Assembly (NCBI GenBank): GCA_034370405.1
Contig: JAXMKY010000026.1
Span: 2,740 to 66,739 of the forward strand
Length of the DNA stretch: 64,000 bases
DNA from: Bacteroidales bacterium
Lineage (GTDB): Bacteria; Bacteroidota; Bacteroidia; Bacteroidales; JAAYJT01
Direction: 5' to 3'
The notes under the pieces were generated by a model. It saw only the letters and a list, made by a program, of their open reading frames with translations, was not told the DNA's origin and did no database searches. Position 1 is the stretch's first letter, and each line of letters starts with the position of its first letter. This document shows, in pieces, positions 55,954 to 63,979 of this stretch. Made by a program: the position numbers and the translations under genes.

Positions 55954-57318
55954 ATGAGGAAGAATGTTAGTGCAAACCAGTTAAATTTCGCCTTTTTCCT
56001 GATAAGCCTGTTTCTTAGTTTAATGATCAAACTGAATCCTCCCGTTTGGATAGGATACGGCGATCCTTACGACTACTTGCATTATTCACATATGCCTGTG
56101 TCCGAAAAGGAGTTCTTCTTTCCGCAAAAAACGCCAAATCATTATCCAAGACCTTTTACAATTCCTCTGTTCTATAAGATAGCTGGCAGCGATCCGGATA
56201 CTATTATTCAAATGCAAAAGTTCTTCCATGCCTTAAGCACCTGGTTCCTTTGTTTTGTTGTTTTACTATTTCTTAATAAACCGTTTGCACGAATCTTTTT
56301 CGTGGTTTTCTGGTACTTGTTGATGTCGTGGTGGAATATTTTAGGATGGACCCATACCTTGCTTTCCGAGTCGCTTGCCATGTCCTTGTTGTTTTTCTGG
56401 TTCGGTTCGTTTCTGCTTTTCTACCATAAAAGGAGAATCCTGTATCTTATCTTTCATTTGATCATTGCGGTGTTGTTTTCTTTTACTCGCGACAGCTGGC
56501 CATATTTTCTGATTATCTTTTATTTACAAATACTCTTGGTTACGTTTTTTTGGGAGAAAAAATTACGTGTATCAGTTATTGCTTGTTTAATTCTTAGCAT
56601 TGGTGTTTTTATTGTTCAACAGAGATCGGCACAAATCGGCCAACGATATCGCTTACCGGTGATGAATAACATTGTGCTCAGGGTTTTGCCAAATGATCAA
56701 TATTTGCAATGGTTTGCCGATAAGGGTATGCCTTGTGTGAATGAGCTAAAAGAAAATTTTTCAACAATCGAGGATTGGAAACAAGTGTACTCGCTCTACA
56801 ATGATTCGGCCTATATTGATTTTTCAAACTGGATTACCGATAACGGGTACTCATTGTATGCCAAATTCCTGCTTACCCATCCATCGGCTCTTTTGCTGAT
56901 GAATGAAAAGAAGAGCGACCTGAAGCGTATTTTTGCCTGTAATATTGGATATACAGGTGCGGTGAAAGGGTATAGTTGGATCAGCCAGTATGTTTTCCCC
57001 CTGTTTAACTCACTGGCCATCATTGCGCTAAACTTTTTACTTCTTTATTTTACAGTCAGGCAAAAAAAGCTTTTTACTGTTTTCCCTACAGTTTTAATCT
57101 TTCTTTTTGGCGCTAATGCAATGTTGTTATACCTTGCCGATGCACTGGAGGTTGAGCGACATTTGTTTATTACGAATATAGGCATCCAGTTTATTGGAAT
57201 ATTACTTGTTTCGCAAATGTTGAATTCAGATTGCCTGGCCGGCACACTGAGGAGCTTGCCCGGCATTCGCAGGCTGGATAGTTATTTCAACAAACCAAAG
57301 AACAATACGCAGCGATAA
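55954..57318 (+). CDS. Polytopic membrane protein, possible GT-C-like / unknown
   Basis: 454 aa. The first loop is IGYGDPYDYLHYSH..RPFTIPLFYK. A block of TM helices is followed by a ~120-aa soluble insert (aa ~225-340), then 3-4 C-terminal TM helices. The gene is very AT-rich (a sampled line is 32% GC). Confidence 0.4.
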   Translation: MRKNVSANQLNFAFFLISLFLSLMIKLNPPVWIGYGDPYDYLHYSHMPVSEKEFFFPQKTPNHYPRPFTIPLFYKIAGSDPDTIIQMQKFFHALSTWFLCFVVLLFLNKPFARIFFVVFWYLLMSWWNILGWTHTLLSESLAMSLLFFWFGSFLLFYHKRRILYLIFHLIIAVLFSFTRDSWPYFLIIFYLQILLVTFFWEKKLRVSVIACLILSIGVFIVQQRSAQIGQRYRLPVMNNIVLRVLPNDQYLQWFADKGMPCVNELKENFSTIEDWKQVYSLYNDSAYIDFSNWITDNGYSLYAKFLLTHPSALLLMNEKKSDLKRIFACNIGYTGAVKGYSWISQYVFPLFNSLAIIALNFLLLYFTVRQKKLFTVFPTVLIFLFGANAMLLYLADALEVERHLFITNIGIQFIGILLVSQMLNSDCLAGTLRSLPGIRRLDSYFNKPKNNTQR

Positions 57319-57422
57319 AGCGCTTTGCTGTGTGTAAAGTGTTTATCAAACTCCTACTTTATGCACATTGGTGCAGGCTATGTAATGTGGGCGATAAGCG
57401 GCATTACTGACGGCTTGCAGGG

Positions 57423-59291
57423 CTATGGCTTATGTGCGATTTTTTCTATCGTCAGATCGTCAAAATAAACCTTTTCTTTCCCTGGATTCCAGAGATAAAT
57501 CTTCATTAATCCTGAAAGGGTATCCGGGATTTTTACTTCAAGTTCAACTTTTCCCCAGCCTATCTCATCTTCGGCTGACACTACCTGGCTAAAATTGTAA
57601 TAGTTTGCTTCAAGAGGGGCAGTAAGGGCCACTCCGCCGGTTGCACGGGCTGGATATTTCCATACCGAAAGCCTGAAGCCTTCGCCTGGCTCAACCTTAA
57701 GCAGCATATCAGAACCAAATTGCTCTTGTTTATAAAGCATCATGGAGTAGATACCCGAGCGGGCGTGTTCATCAGACCGTTTCCCAACTCCTGAAAGCAG
57801 AAACTCTTTATCGGTGGAATAAAAAAACTCTCCGTTATCAGTCAACACTTCATAGTTGCAAGTGATAAAGGCCTCGAATGTTTGTTTGCTCTTGAGGGCT
57901 GCCGCTTGAATACCTTTGCGTGCCTGCATTATGTCAGGGTATTCGATATAATCATAAAATGGATATTTTGGCCTGATGCGGCCGAAGGAATGCCAATAAG
58001 CCTTCTTGGTCATAGCCATATAGTGAAGTGCTCCATAGCGGTATTGCATGGTTTGGAATATCCCATGACAACCGAATATAATAACCATGATTACAGCAAG
58101 AATTTTTCCCCACGTTCTTGTTGAAATCCATGTAATGAAGGCAGCAAGTGGGATAACCATGAGCGCATAACTATCAATCATAGGCCTTGAGCCAAGTCCA
58201 CCGCCATACCACCAATCCCACCACGAATACACTACGTAAATGTTTAAGACCGTGAAAACCAGTATTGCCAGAAAAAACTGCCGGTATCGCTTGTAAAGTG
58301 GATAAAAACCTGCCAGTGCAACGATCATAATCGGTGTATACAGCAACCAACCTTTCCGGTAGCTAAACAAACCGTTTAGAATGTTTGGCTGAAGGAAGAA
58401 GAATTTCTCATCGCCATAAGAGTAAAAGAACCATTGCCCGGTACTGAACTTCCAGTAGAAAAGCTGGGGAGTAAACACAAGCACCGCAAGAAAGATAATA
58501 AGTAATATCTGATGCCATGAGCGCACAAAAAGCCTTATCCTCGGGCCAGCCTCATGCATGGTTTTAATATTATAGAGAATAAAAAACAGCACAACCAACC
58601 CATTGCTGGGCCTGATGAGTGCAATCAGGCCAAAAGTTAACCCAAGCCAAATGGTAGTAAAGGTAGATGGTTTCTGGTGCCATTTTATGCTTAGCCATAT
58701 AAAGAGCGAAAAGAGCATAAAGCTATACACATGCGACATTGCAGCTTCAAAAGTCGAGTAAAAGAGCACCCCGGTTGCAAAGACAATGCTAAGAAACAGC
58801 AGTGCAATGACCCAGTCCTTAAAAAACATGACCAAAATGCGTCTCAGAAAAAACAACCCCAACAGCAGATAAAACAAAGAACTGAACTGAAGTAAAAAAA
58901 AGTATGGCGGGGAATATCCGGTCATTTCAGCTCCGGTCAAATGGGCAACCATATGCCCCAGCAAGAAAAAAGGAAGATAAAGAAATGACAAGCCCATCGT
59001 TGTTTTTTGATATATGCCACCATTTGGGGCAACATGTCTGTATATTTTATCACCAAAATAATCGGGGCTATCATCAACAAAACTAAAAGACAGGTCGTTA
59101 TAAATGATGGCTGCCGGCAAATAGCTATAATAAACCATGATGTCGTGCTTAACTACCCCGCCATCCTGATTCCATAGATGTGTATTGAAGTTGACCCAGG
59201 AAACAGCAATGGCTATAATCAGCATTGCCAAAGTAGATAGCTTGCCCGGGTGGTTAGTCCAATAGTTACTTGCTAAAGAGATTACACGCAT
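57423..59291 (-). CDS. Polytopic GT-C-like membrane protein with C-terminal soluble beta-sandwich-like domain
   Basis: 622 aa. The first loop is WNQDGGVVKHDIMVYYSYLPAAIIYNDL. There are ~12 hydrophobic helices to aa ~420. A ~190-aa C-terminal domain ends ..KVYFDDLTIEKIAHKP, which looks like a CBM/jelly roll. It is immediately downstream of a DPM1-like GT2. Confidence 0.5.
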   Translation of the reverse strand: MRVISLASNYWTNHPGKLSTLAMLIIAIAVSWVNFNTHLWNQDGGVVKHDIMVYYSYLPAAIIYNDLSFSFVDDSPDYFGDKIYRHVAPNGGIYQKTTMGLSFLYLPFFLLGHMVAHLTGAEMTGYSPPYFFLLQFSSLFYLLLGLFFLRRILVMFFKDWVIALLFLSIVFATGVLFYSTFEAAMSHVYSFMLFSLFIWLSIKWHQKPSTFTTIWLGLTFGLIALIRPSNGLVVLFFILYNIKTMHEAGPRIRLFVRSWHQILLIIFLAVLVFTPQLFYWKFSTGQWFFYSYGDEKFFFLQPNILNGLFSYRKGWLLYTPIMIVALAGFYPLYKRYRQFFLAILVFTVLNIYVVYSWWDWWYGGGLGSRPMIDSYALMVIPLAAFITWISTRTWGKILAVIMVIIFGCHGIFQTMQYRYGALHYMAMTKKAYWHSFGRIRPKYPFYDYIEYPDIMQARKGIQAAALKSKQTFEAFITCNYEVLTDNGEFFYSTDKEFLLSGVGKRSDEHARSGIYSMMLYKQEQFGSDMLLKVEPGEGFRLSVWKYPARATGGVALTAPLEANYYNFSQVVSAEDEIGWGKVELEVKIPDTLSGLMKIYLWNPGKEKVYFDDLTIEKIAHKP

Positions 59292-59361
59292 GGCATTGAA
59301 AGTAAAATTACTGATTTAACCAGAAAATTATTGGTTTTACCGAACAACAGGAAAAGCTATT

Positions 59362-60066
59362 TCAGCTTAAGCCGAATTTTAATATAGTCCAAAGGATTTT
59401 TACTCCATCTAAATTTCGTAATTTTTTACCTTCCTGTTCATTGCGCGGGAAATAGTTGACGGGCACTTCGGCGATATTGTTTTTCTTTATTCGTAAGGCT
59501 TTTATCAGCAATTCGGCTTCGAACCCAAAACGATCTTCGGTGAGATGAAGTTTTTCATACAGGCTCCTCTTTATCAATTTATAGCCGCAAGCCATATCGG
59601 TGAGCTTCACATTGATAAGCAATGAAGTGAGCAGGGTGAAAAACCTGTTGGCAAGGTATCGCCAGTATGAAGATAATGGGCGTAAAATGCCTGGCATATA
59701 TCGCGAGCCGTTAATAAACTCAACATCTAATTGTTTCATCGCGTCCAACATCCTAGGAATGTCGGCAACATCTAGTTCGAGGTCGGCATCCCGGATCAGG
59801 AAAGCATCGCCTGTGGCATGGCCGATACCGGTTCTCACGGCAGCTCCTTTGCCCATGTTTATTTGATGTTTGTGAAGGCTGATGTGCTGGCTCTCCGAAA
59901 TAAACTGCCGAACCAATGAAAAAGAGTTATCTGATGAGCAATCATCTACTACAACAATTTCATAATCTTCAATAAAATCAGGCCATACAAGTTTTTCAAT
60001 GCCTTCCAGAACAGTGATAACTGATTCCTGTTCGTTGAAGAGAGGGATGATGATGCTGAGTTTCAT
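59362..60066 (-). CDS. GT2 glycosyltransferase, polyprenol-phosphate sugar synthase-like (DPM1/ArnC/GtrB family)
   Basis: LSIIIPLFNE, VVVDDCSSD, GKGAAVRTG, DADLE (DxD) and FGFEAEL are present. At 234 aa it has no C-terminal TM helices. Confidence 0.8.
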   Translation of the reverse strand: MKLSIIIPLFNEQESVITVLEGIEKLVWPDFIEDYEIVVVDDCSSDNSFSLVRQFISESQHISLHKHQINMGKGAAVRTGIGHATGDAFLIRDADLELDVADIPRMLDAMKQLDVEFINGSRYMPGILRPLSSYWRYLANRFFTLLTSLLINVKLTDMACGYKLIKRSLYEKLHLTEDRFGFEAELLIKALRIKKNNIAEVPVNYFPRNEQEGKKLRNLDGVKILWTILKFGLS

Positions 60067-60185
60067 TCACGCTTGAATAAATGGTTAACTGGCATATTCC
60101 GGTATTTAAACGTACACCGGTGTTCTAAATTGCGGCGAAATTACTTAAACAGTTGAACAAATGAAAGGATAGCCTGACCCTGATT

Positions 60186-61376
60186 TTATTTCCTGATTAT
60201 GCGCCGTGTAACCATTTGCTGGCCATACTGTAAATTGAGCAAATAGACTCCCGTATTCAAACCTGATACATCCAATTGTCGGCTTTCTCCCAGGGTAGCT
60301 TGATGGAGCAGGTTTCCTTGTACATCAAAGATTTGGAGCCTGGTTGTATCGGGCCACGGGCATTCGATGGTCAATAAATCTTTGGTTGGGTTTGGATAGG
60401 TAATTAAAATCGGTTCCTCTTTCAAGTGGTTGGTGCCACCCGTGGTGGGCAACACTATTTCATACAAAAACCCGGCAAGGCTTCCCGATCCCTCTTCGGT
60501 CATATATAAGCGGTTCGGTGTAACAAAGGCAAGCCCTTCGTTTTGCCCTGGGAAGGTCGAAAAAACATATTCCACTCTGTCGCCGCTAAAAAAACGATTG
60601 CCCGGGTAATTGCTGAAAGATATTATTTTTCTGGCAGTCAGTAACACCAACTCTCCTGTTTGTGGAAGAATATCGGCTGCTGTAACGCGGGCAACTTCAA
60701 TGGAGTTGCCAAGATAAACCGAGTCAACCAGTTGAGCCGTACGGTTTCCGGGTTGCGCTGGCAGTTTATACATTTTGCTATATCCGTTTATTGGGGTGCT
60801 CCGGTTCTTGGTGAACAGAAACAGGGTATCGCTACGCCAGATCATGGCTTCGATATCGAAATTCCTGTTCGATTGGGGCGGAGGAAACTGAGTTTGATCG
60901 GACAAGACAAACCGTATGATTTCTGCAGTGGTTGTGTTTCCCGAGATGGTCTCGGGATTTGGTATCCTATATACGGCCAGATTCTTGCGGTTATTATCGT
61001 TGTTGCCTGCATCGCAAATATAGATACGTCCAACATTATCAGATGCCAGATCTTCCCAATCAATGTTTTGGACATTCGAAATAACGAGTGTTCGTAACAA
61101 TTGCCCTGTAGTGTCAAAACAATATAATTCAGAGGCATTGCCCGAGTCTTCGTGCGACCAGATTTTGTTTGGATGAGTTACCACTACTCCGGAACTTTCA
61201 TAAAGAACTGCTGGCAACCGGGTCAGAATCCGTATATCAACAGGAGTAGAAAGAATATGCCTGCTTTTTATCTCATCAGGGTTGTGGCTTTTTTTCTGTA
61301 ACAGCTCAGTTGACTGGCTCTTACAAACGAAGAAGACAGGGACAAGTATTAGGAAAAGAAAGAATTGCTTGGCCAT
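60186..61376 (-). CDS. Secreted protein with T9SS C-terminal sorting domain; N-terminal beta-propeller-like domain of unknown family
   Basis: The signal peptide starts at ATG 61376 (MAKQFFLFLILVPVFFVCKSQS). The last ~75 aa are YPNPTKDLLTIEC...IFDVQGNLL...LNTGVYLLNLQY..., matching the Por secretion tail pattern. The body has recurring ESSG / HEDSGN / DWEDLA / ICDAGNN motifs. Confidence 0.75.
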   Translation of the reverse strand: MAKQFFLFLILVPVFFVCKSQSTELLQKKSHNPDEIKSRHILSTPVDIRILTRLPAVLYESSGVVVTHPNKIWSHEDSGNASELYCFDTTGQLLRTLVISNVQNIDWEDLASDNVGRIYICDAGNNDNNRKNLAVYRIPNPETISGNTTTAEIIRFVLSDQTQFPPPQSNRNFDIEAMIWRSDTLFLFTKNRSTPINGYSKMYKLPAQPGNRTAQLVDSVYLGNSIEVARVTAADILPQTGELVLLTARKIISFSNYPGNRFFSGDRVEYVFSTFPGQNEGLAFVTPNRLYMTEEGSGSLAGFLYEIVLPTTGGTNHLKEEPILITYPNPTKDLLTIECPWPDTTRLQIFDVQGNLLHQATLGESRQLDVSGLNTGVYLLNLQYGQQMVTRRIIRK

Positions 61377-61422
61377 TATTGTTAGTGCGACGAAAAATTG
61401 TTTGTATATGTCAATCAAACAA

Positions 61423-63048
61423 TTAAAAAATACCAAATACGCCCTGCGGGGTGATGCCTATGTATCGGAACCATGTTTCGCCTGCAAAAATATTAACTAT
61501 CCAGGCAATGGTCATCATTGTGATTCCAAACCTAAAGGTATCGGAAAGGTTGTATTGGTCGGTTTCATATAGCAAAGCTGCGGGTTTACTATTAAACGGC
61601 AGAACATATACGTGCTCAATCATAAAAGCTACCGGCAAAGCAAGGCTGATTACGCTGAACCCAAAACGATTGGCCACTCCAATGGCAATAGGTACAAAGA
61701 TCATGGTACGCATGGTTTTCGATTGAAACAGCAGGGCGCTGAAAACCATAACCCCGGTGAGCAATAAATACACTACCCAAAAATGCGTTTGGTCGCCAAT
61801 GCCCAAGTGGTTAAAAAATGCATTTACACCAATGGAGGGCAAATCGGTGGCGTCGAACCCTGCACCAAGGGTATAAGCACCGGCCGAGAACAACATCAGG
61901 TGCCAGGGAATGTCTACTTCGTTCCATTTTACAATACCAATACGTGGTAGCAAAGCCACGATGGCTCCCACAAAAGCCACGGCAGTGGCACTTATGCCGT
62001 GGAGACGATCGGTGGCCCAGAACCCAAGGATTAAAAGAAAAATCACGATGGCTTTCACTTCTAGTCCTTTAAGTTTACCAAGCTGGTTGTATTCCTGTTT
62101 CAGACGTTCAATACCACCTTCAATTTGTGGCAGGCGTTCTTCAGGGGCCAGCGGAAAGAATACCCTCATAGCCATCCAATAGCCTATAAACATCAGAATC
62201 ACCATCACCGGAAACATGGCGGTCAGCCAGTCGGAGAAAAAAACCTGTCCGCCAATTGCGCCACCGATAAGGGCAGCAGCAAGTAAGTTGGCTCCCGACC
62301 CGGTGACAAAAGCACCTGCGCCCAGGTTGATATTCAACAGATTTTGTAATACAATGCTGCGGCCAAAATTGTTGCGGTTTTTTCCCCCACGCGCTCCAAA
62401 TATTGATGCGATTACCATGAAGATGGGTAACAAAATGGCAGCTTTGGCCGTGGTAGCCGAAATAAATGCCGACAATACCAAATTGACAAAAATGAAGCTG
62501 ATGAAAATGCGTGAGGCATTTTTCCCAAAACGCAGGATAATCCAGAGGGCAAACCGTTTTGCTAGCCCTGTTGCTACGAGCATGCTAGCTAACACGAACG
62601 ACATGATGTTGAGCCACATCACCGGGTGGCCGAGTTGTGCATAGGCTTCCTTTTCGGGCAGCACCCCTGTAAGCACCAATGCAATGATGAGAATGAGCGA
62701 GGTGAGATAATTCGGAATAGCTTCAGTCATCCAAAGAACAAGCCCTGCCACAAAAATGGCAAGCATCATTTGATTGTTGCGGCTAAATGCTTCGGGGCCG
62801 ATTTTGTCGAATATCTTCCTGACCGATTGCGATACGATGGTCGAAGGATCAATGTCGTGGAGGAAGGGCACTTGCAACACAAAGGCCAACAGCAGGAAAG
62901 CGAAAATGGCCAAAAAAGGACCTGCCACAGCCAGCCATTTTTCAACACTCGATTTATCGCGTTTCGGTAACTTCTCAATGCGATAGTTGAGCATGTTTAA
63001 TGGATCGAAGCCAGTATCGGCCGGTTGCTTAGTGTCGTGCAAATTCAT
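61423..63048 (-). CDS. DASS/SLC13-family anion (dicarboxylate/sulfate/phosphate-type):Na+ symporter
   Basis: 541 aa and polytopic. The internal repeat architecture and motifs (GSGANLLAAA, LPFNSKPAAL) are typical of CitT/SLC13 permeases. A TAATTTTG box lies 23 bp upstream. Confidence 0.75.
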   Translation of the reverse strand: MNLHDTKQPADTGFDPLNMLNYRIEKLPKRDKSSVEKWLAVAGPFLAIFAFLLLAFVLQVPFLHDIDPSTIVSQSVRKIFDKIGPEAFSRNNQMMLAIFVAGLVLWMTEAIPNYLTSLILIIALVLTGVLPEKEAYAQLGHPVMWLNIMSFVLASMLVATGLAKRFALWIILRFGKNASRIFISFIFVNLVLSAFISATTAKAAILLPIFMVIASIFGARGGKNRNNFGRSIVLQNLLNINLGAGAFVTGSGANLLAAALIGGAIGGQVFFSDWLTAMFPVMVILMFIGYWMAMRVFFPLAPEERLPQIEGGIERLKQEYNQLGKLKGLEVKAIVIFLLILGFWATDRLHGISATAVAFVGAIVALLPRIGIVKWNEVDIPWHLMLFSAGAYTLGAGFDATDLPSIGVNAFFNHLGIGDQTHFWVVYLLLTGVMVFSALLFQSKTMRTMIFVPIAIGVANRFGFSVISLALPVAFMIEHVYVLPFNSKPAALLYETDQYNLSDTFRFGITMMTIAWIVNIFAGETWFRYIGITPQGVFGIF

Positions 63049-63070
63049 TTTGAAAGTGTTCCGATTGGTT

Positions 63071-63078
63071 CAAAATTA
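63071..63078 (-). promoter_or_regulatory. -7 box TAATTTTG upstream of the DASS transporter gene
   Basis: The plus strand reads caaaatta, 23 bp upstream of the start at 63048. Confidence 0.45.
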
Positions 63079-63189
63079 ATATTTATCCGCTACGTACCCG
63101 TCCGACCGCTTTACGCGTTCGGACGGGTTAGTATGTAAGCTGGCTTTTTTCCCGTCAGATCCCGAAACTTCGTGGATCGAACGGACGGG

Positions 63190-63663
63190 TTAAGGCATCC
63201 ACTTGGTATAAGGATTTTTCATCAGCATGGAATTGAAATACCGCACATCACCGGTAACTTCTTCGCCAAGCCATTCGGGTTTTTCGAATGTTTCATCTTC
63301 GGCATTGAGTTCTATTTCAGCCACAACCAACCCCTGATTTTCACCGTAAAATTCATCTACCTCAAAGGTATGCGCCCCACTTTTCACTAAGTAGCGGGTT
63401 TTATCAATCACACCAGGTTCACAAATTTTTAACAATTCATCCACTTCGGCAACTGGGATTTCTTTTTCCCATTCGTAGCGGCTGGTACCCGTATCATTAC
63501 CAATTCCCTTGATGGTGATAAACCCCTTGCTGCCTTTGATTCTAACCCTGACTGTTCGTTCGGGCACCAATGACAGGTAGCCTTGTGTGATACGAGTCTG
63601 CTTGTGTACAAATGGCTTAAATTCTCCCTTAACAAGGAATTTACGTTCTATTTCCTGTGCCAT
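63190..63663 (-). CDS. CYTH-domain protein (triphosphate tunnel metalloenzyme)
   Basis: The N-terminal EIERKFLV (ExExK) signature is present, with downstream R.R / K / E-x-E strands (VRVRIKG, YEWEKEI, VVAEIEL). Size is 157 aa. Confidence 0.85.
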   Translation of the reverse strand: MAQEIERKFLVKGEFKPFVHKQTRITQGYLSLVPERTVRVRIKGSKGFITIKGIGNDTGTSRYEWEKEIPVAEVDELLKICEPGVIDKTRYLVKSGAHTFEVDEFYGENQGLVVAEIELNAEDETFEKPEWLGEEVTGDVRYFNSMLMKNPYTKWMP

Positions 63664-63667
63664 GATT

Positions 63668-63979
63668 TTATTCGTTAGCCAAAGGTTTGTTAATCATGCC
63701 TATCACACGCTTGATGGCCTGCAGATAATTGATGTTTTCAACGCCTTCAAGCCTGAGGTCTTTGATGGTCTTTTTGATGTCTTCAACCTCGGTTGACTCT
63801 GAGTTTATTGTAACCACCCGTGCGCCGTTTATTAATACTACACCATATTCGCAGATAGTATTGTTGATCATATAGCCAAAGCGCTGTTTGTGAACACGAA
63901 CAGCCTGCAGGCCGGGATGACCATTCACCATATCAATAAACTCTTCATACGTATAAACCTCCTTATTTATATCAGGCAT
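63668..63979 (-). CDS. Hypothetical 103-aa protein, possibly a degenerate half-CYTH-like domain
   Basis: The ORF is complete and sits 4 nt upstream of the CYTH gene. The segment VHKQRFGY..CEYGVVLINGARVVTINSES..IKKTIKDLRLEGVENINYLQAI is reminiscent of the C-terminal half of CyaB-like CYTH proteins. This resemblance is weak and judged by eye. Confidence 0.45.
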   Translation of the reverse strand: MPDINKEVYTYEEFIDMVNGHPGLQAVRVHKQRFGYMINNTICEYGVVLINGARVVTINSESTEVEDIKKTIKDLRLEGVENINYLQAIKRVIGMINKPLANE

